Origin: a virus
UHGV virus genome: UHGV-0454263
Reading direction: 5' to 3' (one strand)
Length of the DNA: 24,473 nt
A model generated the notes under the pieces. It was not told the origin of the DNA and made no database searches. It was given only the letters and a program-made list of their open reading frames with translations. How positions within the stretch are numbered: the first letter of the stretch is position 1; each line of letters begins with the position of its first letter. The translations under genes were made by a program, and so were the position numbers. Shown here one piece after another: positions 10,689 to 18,825 of the stretch.

Positions 10689-10851
10689 CGTATTCTTCCT
10701 CGTACATTGAGCTATTCGGATCGCTCATCAGTTCTGCGCAGCAGTACTCACACACGTGAACTTCCAGCACATGCAGCTTCTGACCGCAATTAGCGCACGT
10801 TAAAGCCCGCTCGACGCTTTCTTGTTCGTAACTTCGATTTGGGTCAATCAC
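10681..10851 (-). CDS. ninF: NinF
   Basis: ...[38 protein letters not shown]... matches lambda NinF; start assigned to GTG at 10851..10849 (GTGA overlap with NinE stop) rather than the upstream ATG at 10893 that would overlap NinE by 46 nt. Confidence 0.7.
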   Translation of the reverse strand: MIDPNRSYEQESVERALTCANCGQKLHVLEVHVCEYCCAELMSDPNSSMYEEEYDG

Positions 10852-11030
10852 CTTGTATTCCTCGCACGATGTCTTAGCCACCGGATATCCCACAGGTGAG
10901 CCGTGTAGTTGAAGGTTTTTACGTCAGATTCTTTTGGGATTGGCTTGCGTTTATTTCTGGAGCGTTTCGTTGAAAGGTATTTGCAGTTTTCGCAGATTAT
11001 GTCGGTAATACTTCGTCGCTGTCGTCTCAT
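10848..11030 (-). CDS. ninE: NinE
   Basis: 60 aa, [52 protein letters not shown]... matches lambda NinE. Confidence 0.85.
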   Translation of the reverse strand: MRRQRRSITDIICENCKYLSTKRSRNKRKPIPKESDVKTFNYTAHLWDIRWLRHRARNTR

Positions 11031-11565
11031 GCCGCCCTCCTGACGCCCTCCTGACGCCCTGCCCGATCGCCATCAATGCCGCTTTGGATACGGTAGTAAA
11101 CATCCGTCGAGGACTGATGAACGGTCGCCAAATCAGCAGCATTGAGCCTTTGCTGTTTCCCTTCTTCTCCAGCCCTGTCGATGGTTCGATAAAATTAATC
11201 CGTCCATCAGTGATGATGCGAACTTCGTCAACACTCTCCAGAGCCTTGCTGAGCCATCCGACAGACATATCCTCTGGCACAAGCATCACTACCGTCTGTC
11301 GTTGTTGTATGCACTGCTCAGCGGCTTTTTCCACCCACGGCCTGATATTGCTGTACGGTGGGTTATTCCAGATTGCACCGTGGCTTACCCACTCAGAATT
11401 GAGCGCGTCGTCGGCCTCAGTTAGCCAGTGAGCACACAGAGCATTTTTGTCGCTCGCTGCCGAATCCAGCCAGAATCCAAACTCAATATCCAGTGCATCA
11501 AAAAGCCAAAGCGGCGTTTGCCAGCAGTCCTTGTCGTGTGCTGGCGTATTTGATTTGATAGTCAT
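10951..11565 (-). CDS. Phage N6-adenine DNA methyltransferase (Dam family) with apparently frameshifted C-terminal extension
   Basis: [26 protein letters not shown]... with NPPY catalytic motif; ATG overlaps NinB stop (ATGA at 11565..11562). The 3' end runs 80 nt into ninE in another frame after an 11-bp tandem duplication at 11034..11055. Confidence 0.7.
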   Translation of the reverse strand: MTIKSNTPAHDKDCWQTPLWLFDALDIEFGFWLDSAASDKNALCAHWLTEADDALNSEWVSHGAIWNNPPYSNIRPWVEKAAEQCIQQRQTVVMLVPEDMSVGWLSKALESVDEVRIITDGRINFIEPSTGLEKKGNSKGSMLLIWRPFISPRRMFTTVSKAALMAIGQGVRRASGGRHETTATKYYRHNLRKLQIPFNETLQK

Positions 11566-12008
11566 GCAGCCTTCCCTTTTCGTTGTGACCATTCATACTC
11601 TCGCCGGGAGTCATCACTCCATCGCACGTTGCGCTCTGAGCCGAACCAGAACATGATTTCGATAAGCTCAGTCATGCTGGCCTTTCGCATTTTGCTGGTA
11701 CGCACGCCAAGCATGACAACGCCACCATCGATACCAGGCACACTTCGTTGCTCCAGTTTTTTGGTCTTAAGCCACAGGGCAGTGAACAGGTCTTTCCAGT
11801 CTTCCGGCGCCAGCCGTTGACCATGCCATAGCACCTGACGCGAAACATCGTTCAGCATCGGCCACATACGGTCATTCTGCGCTTTGCTGCGTTTGGGTTC
11901 TCTAACGTGGACTTCATGAGGTGACTTGTCGTCGATGGGAAGTGAGAGTATTGCGTCTATGGCGTTATTTCTGATTGCTTCGTTGCGAAGCATGTATATT
12001 TGCTTCAT
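11562..12008 (-). CDS. ninB: NinB (Orf) recombination mediator
   Basis: 148 aa; conserved ...SRQVLWHGQRL... and C-terminal ...RNVRWSDDSRREYEW... resemble lambda NinB. Confidence 0.8.
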   Translation of the reverse strand: MKQIYMLRNEAIRNNAIDAILSLPIDDKSPHEVHVREPKRSKAQNDRMWPMLNDVSRQVLWHGQRLAPEDWKDLFTALWLKTKKLEQRSVPGIDGGVVMLGVRTSKMRKASMTELIEIMFWFGSERNVRWSDDSRREYEWSQRKGKAA

Positions 12009-12015
12009 CGTTACC

Positions 12016-12222
12016 TCAACTCACAAAACGCCACGCCACTTTTGCTACGACAACAGGCATAACACCGATAATCACCCACAGGAAAATGCTACCGAAAAGC
12101 ACACCCACCAGGTCTTTACCTTCGCCTACCAACCGGACAAAACTGCTGGCAACAACAATGAACGTCGCCACCATCCACATAGCACCGAGAATCCTCAATG
12201 CAGAGAAAATTAACTCAGCCAC
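12016..12222 (-). CDS. Small hydrophobic protein with two predicted transmembrane helices
   Basis: 68-aa ORF MAELIFSALRILGAMWMVATFIVVASSFVRLVGEGKDLVGVLFGSIFLWVIIGVMPVVVAKVAWRFVS; two hydrophobic stretches separated by a short charged loop. Confidence 0.4.
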   Translation of the reverse strand: MAELIFSALRILGAMWMVATFIVVASSFVRLVGEGKDLVGVLFGSIFLWVIIGVMPVVVAKVAWRFVS

Positions 12223-12242
12223 GATTTACCCTCCCCCAAATA

Positions 12243-12267
12243 AAAAGGCCTGCGATTACCAGCAGGC
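12243..12267. terminator. Bidirectional intrinsic-terminator-like hairpin
   Basis: AAAAAGGCCTGC-gattacca-GCAGGCCTTTATCTTTTTTT: GC-rich stem flanked by an A-run upstream and T-run downstream, so it reads as a terminator on both strands; sits directly after the HNH gene. Confidence 0.5.
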
Positions 12268-12269
12268 CT

Positions 12270-12881
12270 TTATCTTTTTTTAACACGCTTTCGAGTCCTT
12301 TTAGATTTTTCCTTAAGATATTCCGCAAGTTTATCCTCATCATTATTAAATTGAGATAAAAGCTCATGCTCGCAATTAAGTGCTTTACTCGCATAAGTTC
12401 CATATAGTTTCTTTCTTGCTAGTGCTGCTATGAATGCTGCATCTTCTTTGCTATCGAAATACCCTAACGATATTGTCTTATTTTTATAACCAACATAAGA
12501 CTTCCACCTGCCAGTTGTCTTATCCCAAGACACTCCAATCGCACCGGATGTGTTTAACCTATTCCCTACAATGTTTCTTGCATTCTGCTCCTCTGTTGCC
12601 AGTCTTAGATTTGAAATCCTATTGTCAAGTCTGTTCCCATTTACATGATCAATAAACTTAGGAGGCCATTTTTTGTATACATAGAACCAAGCAAGTCTAT
12701 GCGCATAATACAAAACATTATTTATGCTAATGCATATATAACCACCACTAACACCTCCAGCAATACTACCTTTTACTCTTACTACTGAATTTGTTTTTAG
12801 CCATTTAAATATTCCTGTTTCTGAGTCATATGATAATGTTGACAGAAGCTCATCGTGATCAATTAGTTTTTTTATTCGCAT
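12270..12881 (-). CDS. HNH homing endonuclease with AP2-type DNA-binding domain
   Basis: 203 aa; HNH motif ...AHRLAWFYVYKKWPPKFIDHVNGNRLDNRISNLRLATEEQNARN... followed by AP2-like ...GVSWDKTTGRWKSYVGYKNKTISLGYFDSKEDAAFIAALARKKLYG; markedly AT-rich relative to flanks. Confidence 0.8.
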   Translation of the reverse strand: MRIKKLIDHDELLSTLSYDSETGIFKWLKTNSVVRVKGSIAGGVSGGYICISINNVLYYAHRLAWFYVYKKWPPKFIDHVNGNRLDNRISNLRLATEEQNARNIVGNRLNTSGAIGVSWDKTTGRWKSYVGYKNKTISLGYFDSKEDAAFIAALARKKLYGTYASKALNCEHELLSQFNNDEDKLAEYLKEKSKRTRKRVKKR

Positions 12882-12959
12882 AAAGAATATACTTAATAAT
12901 ATATACAGTAAGAACCATTAGTAACGATAACCCTGCTATCAGCTCAGTGATGTAGATGG

Positions 12960-13229
12960 TCATTGCTTCATCTCCCTTTCCATTTCATCAATGTCAACGT
13001 CATCAGGAAGATGGGAGCAATACGCCGCTATACCATGATGATTTATCTCATACCCTTTGAACGTTACCATCTGGCGCGTAATCTCAACTTCGTTCAGGAA
13101 TCCGTCATCGCATAACTGCCTGGCTATTTTCGATTTGGTCTGGATTATTGGTAGTGCCTGTTCTTTCAAAGCGCATGATATTTGTGCATCCCATGCCTTT
13201 TCGAGAATGGCTAATTGTTTTTTATTCAT
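12960..13229 (-). CDS. Hypothetical protein
   Basis: 89-aa ORF; its ATG overlaps the helicase stop (TGATG); no motif recognised. Confidence 0.5.
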   Translation of the reverse strand: MNKKQLAILEKAWDAQISCALKEQALPIIQTKSKIARQLCDDGFLNEVEITRQMVTFKGYEINHHGIAAYCSHLPDDVDIDEMEREMKQ

Positions 13230-14665
13230 CAGAATCCTCCTTTCTTCTTGGACTGCGGTTCCTCGCGTTCACGTCGGCGCATTTCAGCAGACTGTTGGTC
13301 TGTGTCATAAATAGCGCCATTTGCCTGAATGCAATACACCGTGCCGGTATTGCCATGACGATTGAGGCGAAGGATTAGTTCGGTTTCACCAGGTGGAACA
13401 CTGTCATCAAAAGCACCTTCACGATGGATCCCCACCCAATAATCGCAATCCTGTTCAATCTGCCCTGTATCTCGTGAGTCACTTGGTAATGGGCGTTTAT
13501 TGGTTCGGCTTTCCAATGCGCGGTTAAGCTGTGTCAGAAGCACAACAACGCAATCAAGCTCTTTGGCAAGGTTCTTCAGTCCTTTGGTGATCATGCCGTA
13601 AGCAAGGTCGTTGCGATCGGCCTTCTCAGCAGTCATTAGTGTCAGGTAATCGACCAGAATCATGCCAACACATCCTTTTTCTCGCTTGATTCGACGGCTT
13701 TCGCTGACGATTTGAGCCAGAGATAATCCCGGCGTGTCGTCGATGTAAAGCAGGTCGATTTCACTCAAGCGATTGGCTGTTTCGATCGCCCTGTTGAAGT
13801 CACCATCGTAATCACCCTGATAGCCGTCATCAGCGTCATTTGTCGCCGGAAGGTAAAAAATATTCGGGTTAATACCTGACTTCTGCCCTACCAGTTTTTC
13901 CAGTATCTGATCACCTGGCATTTCAAGGCTGAACATCAGAGCGGGCTTTTTCTCATGCACTGCGCAATTGATTGCCATCTGGCTGTATAGCGTCGTTTTC
14001 CCCATCTTAGGGCGAGCACCAATGACAAACAGAGAGCCTTTCACCAGACCTTTCGGTGACAGCATCCTGTCCAGCGATGGGATCCCTGTGCTCATTCCCC
14101 GTTGTTCTCCTGATGGGTCAAATCGCTTCTCAAGGTCGCTAACCCAGTCTTCCATGACCTCACCAAATGAACGAAGGCCGCGACGCGATCCGGTTTTTGC
14201 ATGGTCTGTCAGTTGCGTGAAAATCGACTGAATAGCTTCGTACTTCTGCGTCGCAGTCATTCCGTTGCGGGAATAGAGCAATTCCGTCGCTTCAGTCATG
14301 CGGTTGATGGCGTAGCGTTCCATTGCGGTTTCACGAACCTGCATTGCATAGGCAACGATGTTTGCTGCGCTTGGCGTGTTCTTTGCGATCTCAGCGATAT
14401 AAGCAAAACCGCCAACAGACACCGTTAACGATTTACGCTCCAGTTCATCGAAAAGCGTCAGGCCATCTACTGGCTTTTGCTCCCGGTGCATTCTGGTTAT
14501 CTCTTCGAAAAGGATTTTGTGTGGTCGGCTGTAAAATGAATCGGGCTTCAGCATCGCCAGAACTTTCTGGACGCGCTCACTGCTGTCATCATCCAGAAGC
14601 AATCCACCAATCACCGCCTGCTCTGCCTCGATGCTATGGGGCGGCGCATAAAAATTATCGGTCAT
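13229..14665 (-). CDS. Replicative DNA helicase, DnaB family (P22 gp12-like)
   Basis: Walker A GARPKMGKTT, DnaB-like N-terminal domain (SIEAEQAVIGGLLLD); start assigned to ATG at 14665 preceded by GAGGGTG. Confidence 0.9.
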   Translation of the reverse strand: MTDNFYAPPHSIEAEQAVIGGLLLDDDSSERVQKVLAMLKPDSFYSRPHKILFEEITRMHREQKPVDGLTLFDELERKSLTVSVGGFAYIAEIAKNTPSAANIVAYAMQVRETAMERYAINRMTEATELLYSRNGMTATQKYEAIQSIFTQLTDHAKTGSRRGLRSFGEVMEDWVSDLEKRFDPSGEQRGMSTGIPSLDRMLSPKGLVKGSLFVIGARPKMGKTTLYSQMAINCAVHEKKPALMFSLEMPGDQILEKLVGQKSGINPNIFYLPATNDADDGYQGDYDGDFNRAIETANRLSEIDLLYIDDTPGLSLAQIVSESRRIKREKGCVGMILVDYLTLMTAEKADRNDLAYGMITKGLKNLAKELDCVVVLLTQLNRALESRTNKRPLPSDSRDTGQIEQDCDYWVGIHREGAFDDSVPPGETELILRLNRHGNTGTVYCIQANGAIYDTDQQSAEMRRREREEPQSKKKGGF

Positions 14666-15554
14666 CGTGTTCACCCTCACGAACTTTCAGGTAGGTATTG
14701 TCGTTAAGCAGGAAATCAAATCCCTTTTTGTGCCAGACGGTTCCGCGTTGATGGTTTGGGCGTTCTTCGAACATCCATCGGCAATTTTCGCCTACGTAGC
14801 TCAAATAATTTCTCCAGTCCTGCATCGTGAACCCATGCCCGTCAAGCTGGCGGGTTATCACTCCGGCTTTGCGCCAGAACGTTCGGATCTGGTTTTTACG
14901 CTTGTCATTCAGTGCGCGGATTCTTGGCGCTTCAGGAAGGATTTCGTGGTAAGCATCGACAACATCCTGACAGCTGACGGAAGGTTTTTTCTTGTCAGAC
15001 TTTTTGTCTGCTGTGGCACTCTCTAATACGTCAGTATTAGAGATAATATTATTATATTCTTTATCTGTGGTAATTTGCTGGTAATCTGCTGGTACAGTAT
15101 TGCTTGCAGGCATTGGTATTGCTGGCTTTGAGGTGGTAATTTGCTGGTAATCTGCTGGTACAAAATTTGACTGATAATCGTCATATTTCTCTACCGAGAA
15201 AACTGAGAATTTACCGTGTGAAACCCAGTCAATCATGCCGAGTTTTTTGAACTTTCTAAGCAGGTACTGAACGCGATCTGGTTTGAGTCCTGTTTCAAAC
15301 GCCAGAGAGTTTCTACCGCCAAGTAGCTTACCTCTGCCTACCAGAATTTCTCCTGCGTCAGTCATTACATACTCAGGCGTATGCTTTGCTTTGAGGATTA
15401 AGTGAACCCACAGATGCGCAGCTTCTGCGTCCTTGTAAAACGGCACATCCATAATTTTACGGTGCAGCAAGGCATACCCCTTACCGCTGCTTTGATGCGG
15501 TTGTTGTAGCCTTCTGGCCTCTCTGGCTTCGGCTAGATTAGATATGTTACTCAT
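14655..15554 (-). CDS. Replication initiation protein (lambda O / P22 gp18 functional analogue)
   Basis: 299 aa; internal peptide repeat [10 protein letters not shown] x2 encoded by DNA iterons; position between cII and helicase. Confidence 0.75.
   Translation of the reverse strand: MSNISNLAEAREARRLQQPHQSSGKGYALLHRKIMDVPFYKDAEAAHLWVHLILKAKHTPEYVMTDAGEILVGRGKLLGGRNSLAFETGLKPDRVQYLLRKFKKLGMIDWVSHGKFSVFSVEKYDDYQSNFVPADYQQITTSKPAIPMPASNTVPADYQQITTDKEYNNIISNTDVLESATADKKSDKKKPSVSCQDVVDAYHEILPEAPRIRALNDKRKNQIRTFWRKAGVITRQLDGHGFTMQDWRNYLSYVGENCRWMFEERPNHQRGTVWHKKGFDFLLNDNTYLKVREGEHDDR
15035..15165. repeat. Origin of replication: iterons plus AT-rich tract inside the initiator gene
   Basis: 29-bp unit TGGTAATTTGCTGGTAATCTGCTGGTACA at 15068..15096 and 15134..15162, built from 11-bp sub-repeats TGGTAATNTGC; further GGTATTGCTGG copies between; adjacent AT-rich tract AGATAATATTATTATATTCTTTATC. 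Confidence 0.6.
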
Positions 15555-15693
15555 GACCTTTCTCCTTCTGCATCAGCTTCACTTTTTCCAACTCAGCCCG
15601 GAATCGACCAGGCTGCTTGAAGCTGGACAGGAAGCGATCACGTAGTATGTGTTTGTGAATTTTGTCCTGGTAAGGACTGAGTTGTTTTGTCAT
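15547..15693 (-). CDS. Small ORF between cII and the initiator gene (P22 orf48-like position)
   Basis: 48 codons ([48 protein letters not shown]); stop overlaps the initiator ATG (ATGAGTAA); below the ORF-track length cut-off. Confidence 0.4.
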   Translation of the reverse strand: MTKQLSPYQDKIHKHILRDRFLSSFKQPGRFRAELEKVKLMQKEKGHE

Positions 15694-15725
15694 AATTACT
15701 CCTGTGGATTGATCCAGTAATTCCC

Positions 15726-16022
15726 TCAGAATTGCATATCAATTTGCTTAAAATCCTCGGTGGCAGCCGGGGATTTTTTCTTTGTGATTTCATCAAGCGC
15801 ATACTTAAAAGCCCTGCTAATCGGACTGATGTCTGATGCCATTCCGAAAGCACACAAGACCGAAGCAATAAATCTCCAGTCCGTTCTGCTTATCTTCGAT
15901 TCATGACAGCCAATCATCTTTGCCAGACCGCGCTGGGTAAGCGTTGACAGGTTGATAAGTAAATCTGTTTCAGCGCGATCAACGTCACGCTGTGATAGTT
16001 TGCTGTAACTTGTTTGTTCCAT
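15726..16022 (-). CDS. cII: CII-like transcriptional activator
   Basis: 98 aa; HTH and C-terminus ...[20 protein letters not shown] resemble lambda CII (...TNKKRPAATERSEQIQMEF). Confidence 0.8.
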   Translation of the reverse strand: MEQTSYSKLSQRDVDRAETDLLINLSTLTQRGLAKMIGCHESKISRTDWRFIASVLCAFGMASDISPISRAFKYALDEITKKKSPAATEDFKQIDMQF

Positions 16023-16097
16023 TTCTTAAGATTTCCAGTAGTGAATAGTTAGTTGAAAGGTATGCGTGGAAACGCATATGGCCTTAGTTGGTCAGAT

Positions 16098-16153
16098 ATC
16101 TTGGAACTCGCTTTTCAGCGACGTAGGACGAATGTCCGTTGTTACAAAGAGCG
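16098..16153 (-). promoter_or_regulatory. nutR (boxA plus boxB hairpin)
   Basis: Minus strand CGCTCTTTG (boxA-like), 23-nt spacer, TCGCT-GAAAA-AGCGA (boxB-like stem-loop); between cro and cII. Confidence 0.5.
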
Positions 16154-16160
16154 GGGTTAC

Positions 16161-16394
16161 TTATGCTGCTGATGCTCTACGCGATACGAACACCAGATTT
16201 TCCTTTTTCACAGGTTTATAACCCGTGAAATTACGAGTGGCTTCTTCGATTGCATTCGCTTTATCTGGGGAAGCTCTTCGAAACCCATATGCAATCTGAT
16301 CAAGATAGCCAACTGAAGTATTCGCTAATGCGGCGAGTCGCTTCCATTCCTCACTAGAAGCCTCTTTTCGCCAGCGTAGTAGTTCATTACTCAT
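16161..16394 (-). CDS. cro: Cro-like HTH repressor
   Basis: 77-aa ORF divergent from cI with predicted helix-turn-helix (LAALANTSVGYLDQIAYGFRR); first gene of the rightward operon. Confidence 0.65.
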   Translation of the reverse strand: MSNELLRWRKEASSEEWKRLAALANTSVGYLDQIAYGFRRASPDKANAIEEATRNFTGYKPVKKENLVFVSRRASAA

Positions 16395-16507
16395 TAGTGC
16401 CTCCGTTTATCACACAGAGTAACTTTACCATTTTGATAAATCAACTGCAATAAAGATTTATCAAAATGCGTATTTATCCATTTGCTAAATAGAGGGAGAA
16501 TCGTGGG
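16395..16507. promoter_or_regulatory. OR operator region with divergent pR and pRM
   Basis: 13-bp inverted repeat ATTTTGATAAATC / GATTTATCAAAAT plus further TTTATC half-sites; candidate pR on minus strand TTGCAG-17-TAAAGT (16450..16422); cI RBS GAGGGAGA upstream of ATG 16508. Confidence 0.6.
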
Positions 16508-17212
16508 ATGGAAAACAAAGATATTCGCAAATCGAATCTGGCGTTTTTGCTAGACGAGCATAAAAAAATCGCGGGTAACACTAATGCAAGCTTTGCCGAT
16601 AAGCTTGGAGTTAGCCCTTCTCAACTCACGCAAGTCTCCGGTGAAAAAAGCACTCGAAACATAGGGGATAAACTAGCAAGAAAATTCGAAGCCGCACTTG
16701 GGTTACCTAATGGGTGGCTTGATTTGGTACATGATGTAACACCAATTGCATCATGCTCAGATTCTTTAACTTTTGTCGGTCAGGTAAGAAAAGGGTTAGT
16801 GCGCGTGGTTGGTGAGGCAATTCTTGGTGTTGATGGTGCCATCGAGATGACCGAAGAGCGCGATGGGTGGCTCAAGATTTATAGCGATGATCCAGATGCC
16901 TTTGGTCTTCGTGTGAAAGGAGACAGCATGTGGCCCAGAATAAAATCAGGAGAATATGTACTCATTGAGCCTAACACCAAAGTATTCCCGGGGGATGAGG
17001 TGTTTGTCAGAACTGTTGAAGGACACAACATGATCAAAGTTCTTGGCTATGACAGAGACGGAGAATACCAATTTACAAGCATCAACCAAGATCATAGGCC
17101 AATAACGTTGCCTTATCATCAAGTAGCAAAGGTGGAGTATGTAGCTGGTATTCTGAAGCAATCTCGCCATCTGGATGACATCGAGGCAAGGGAGTGGCTG
17201 AAAAGTTCGTGA
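16508..17212 (+). CDS. cI: CI repressor (HTH N-terminal domain, S24 LexA-like autocleavage domain)
   Basis: 234 aa; N-terminal HTH; C-terminal S24 peptidase motif GDSMWPRIKSGEYVLIEP with Ser-Lys dyad. Confidence 0.9.
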   Translation: MENKDIRKSNLAFLLDEHKKIAGNTNASFADKLGVSPSQLTQVSGEKSTRNIGDKLARKFEAALGLPNGWLDLVHDVTPIASCSDSLTFVGQVRKGLVRVVGEAILGVDGAIEMTEERDGWLKIYSDDPDAFGLRVKGDSMWPRIKSGEYVLIEPNTKVFPGDEVFVRTVEGHNMIKVLGYDRDGEYQFTSINQDHRPITLPYHQVAKVEYVAGILKQSRHLDDIEAREWLKSS

Positions 17213-17315
17213 CTTCATCGTCACATAGCTGGTAACCAGTGGCCTGAAGAGACGTTTGGGTGATGAAACCACTTTTATCTACAATTTACAGGGCGGTAAA
17301 CATTGGCAAAAATAG

Positions 17316-17584
17316 ATGATTATCAGCCAAGCCAAGTAGAAGTTGATAAAGTACTTTATTGTAAAAAAATAGNNNNNNNNNNNNNNNNNNNNNNNNNNNN
17401 NNNNNNNNNNNNNNNNNNNNNNNNNNNNNNNNNNNNNNNNNNNNNNNNNNNNNNNNNNNNNNNNNNNNNNNNGATTATCAGCCAAGCCAAGTAGAAGTTG
17501 ATAAAGTACTTTATTGTAAAAAAATAGATGATTATCAGCCAAGCCAAGTAGAAGTTGATAAAGTACTTTATTGTAAAAAAATAG
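17316..17584 (+). repeat. Perfect 57-bp tandem repeat array (at least 3 copies) interrupted by an assembly gap
   Basis: Unit ATGATTATCAGCCAAGCCAAGTAGAAGTTGATAAAGTACTTTATTGTAAAAAAATAG at 17316..17372, partial copy 17473..17527, full copy 17528..17584; the run of exactly 100 N (17373..17472) lies inside the array. Confidence 0.9.
17373..17472. other. Assembly gap (100 N) of unknown true length
   Basis: Exactly 100 consecutive N, flanked on both sides by the same 57-bp repeat. Confidence 0.95.
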
Positions 17585-17631
17585 TTAACTTTTCTGGCGT
17601 TAAATGGAAACAGAAACCAAGTCGCTCTGAT

Positions 17632-18072
17632 ATGTGGCTACAAGCTCATATCATCCCCTTGGATGAGGATTGTATACCTATACAAGGGCTAAAGTTTGAA
17701 CTGAAATGGAAACCAGATCAGGATTCAGAACCTGATGACCCGATTTCTTACCCTAAAATAAATATTATTGCTTTCTATCATAACAAGAGGGTTTTCGCGG
17801 TAGATACCTATCACTTTGACAAACACACGAATAGTTACAAGTTCGATCATCCGAAGTACCAAGATATCATTTACGGTGCTCACTACCATGTATACTATGA
17901 AGAAGCTGGATACTATAGTGATAGAATAGCGTTTCCAATCGAAGATGACATAAACCCAGATGACCTGGTAGGGTATTGGAATTACTTCTGTAAACATCTG
18001 AACATAACTTACTCTGGGAGAATACCTTTACCACTTGAAGATGAGTCGGGGCAAATGGGGTTTGGAATATGA
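17632..18072 (+). CDS. Uncharacterised protein A in the rexA-equivalent slot (possibly extends upstream through the repeats to TTG 17303)
   Basis: 146-aa ORF, His/Tyr/Asp-rich, AT-rich codon usage; the 57-bp repeats upstream are open in the same reading frame; stop overlaps the next gene's ATG (ATGA). Confidence 0.55.
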   Translation: MWLQAHIIPLDEDCIPIQGLKFELKWKPDQDSEPDDPISYPKINIIAFYHNKRVFAVDTYHFDKHTNSYKFDHPKYQDIIYGAHYHVYYEEAGYYSDRIAFPIEDDINPDDLVGYWNYFCKHLNITYSGRIPLPLEDESGQMGFGI

Positions 18073-18821
18073 TGTGCTCAACAGTGATCTCACAACTAGG
18101 TTTCGAATGCCATCCAATAGGCAAGACCTTGAGAATTATCAGTCCATTCACTTACTGTGATGATGGAGAGCATGTCGGTGCTTTTATCCGTGAAGTCAAT
18201 GGTAGGTATTTAGTTAGTGATAGATGCGATGCCTTAATGAATATGGAGGCAAGAGGGATCTCGCTTACCAAAAAACGACTTGATGAGATACGACAATTAC
18301 TGCTTAAAGAAGGCGCAGAGCTCAATGATCGAGGAGAAATCATTGCTTGGGCAACAGAAAAGGATGTCGGTGCGATTACATCGAACATAATTAGAGCTGG
18401 TATACTCGCATCAACTTTGTCGTTAGACTGGTATCAGCCAGTTCAAGCTGAAAAGTTTGAAAGTATGGTTATTGATTATCTATATCACACAGAGCTTAGA
18501 GACGCACTTTCTCTTCGTGAAAACGTATATGGCTTGAGTGGACATCAAATTACCGTCCCTGTAACAATAAAAACCGACATACCTAAATACGTTTTTACAT
18601 CAAGCGTGAAACACGGAGGAAGCTGGAATAGTGCTTACTCATTGCTTGGGAAACTAATTGATCTTAAAGCATCAAGTGAGGAGTATAACAACAGATTTGT
18701 TGTTATAGACAGCGAAGCAATTGGTGACCAAATGCAACAACTCTCCTTACTCTTCCATGAATCAAGCCAAGTTCTACCATTCTCCAAAAGAGAGACTTGG
18801 GTTAAGAGACTTGCAGCATAA
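18069..18821 (+). CDS. Uncharacterised protein B in the rexB-equivalent slot
   Basis: 250-aa ORF translationally coupled to protein A; no Walker motif or transmembrane segment recognised; AT-rich. Confidence 0.65.
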   Translation: MMCSTVISQLGFECHPIGKTLRIISPFTYCDDGEHVGAFIREVNGRYLVSDRCDALMNMEARGISLTKKRLDEIRQLLLKEGAELNDRGEIIAWATEKDVGAITSNIIRAGILASTLSLDWYQPVQAEKFESMVIDYLYHTELRDALSLRENVYGLSGHQITVPVTIKTDIPKYVFTSSVKHGGSWNSAYSLLGKLIDLKASSEEYNNRFVVIDSEAIGDQMQQLSLLFHESSQVLPFSKRETWVKRLAA

Positions 18822-18825
18822 TACA

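Noticed and set aside
10848-10893. Upstream ATG start for NinF giving a 70-aa protein
   Set aside because: It would overlap NinE by 46 nt; a GTG start forming a GTGA overlap with the NinE stop gives a protein of lambda NinF size.
13229-14680. Helicase start at 14680 ([10 protein letters not shown])
   Set aside because: That start is a GTG without RBS; the ATG at 14665 is preceded by GAGGGTG and gives a DnaB-like N-terminus.
15638-15868. 76-aa minus-strand ORF
   Set aside because: Out of frame with, and overlapping, the well-supported cII gene; the orf48-like frame is the better-supported small gene in this interval.
17279-17547. Minus-strand ORFs running through the N gap
   Set aside because: Translations are dominated by X from the N-run and repeat sequence; artefacts of the gap.
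17316-17584. CRISPR array
   Set aside because: The repeats are 57 bp, directly abutting with no unique spacers, with no cas genes nearby; this is a tandem repeat, not a CRISPR locus.
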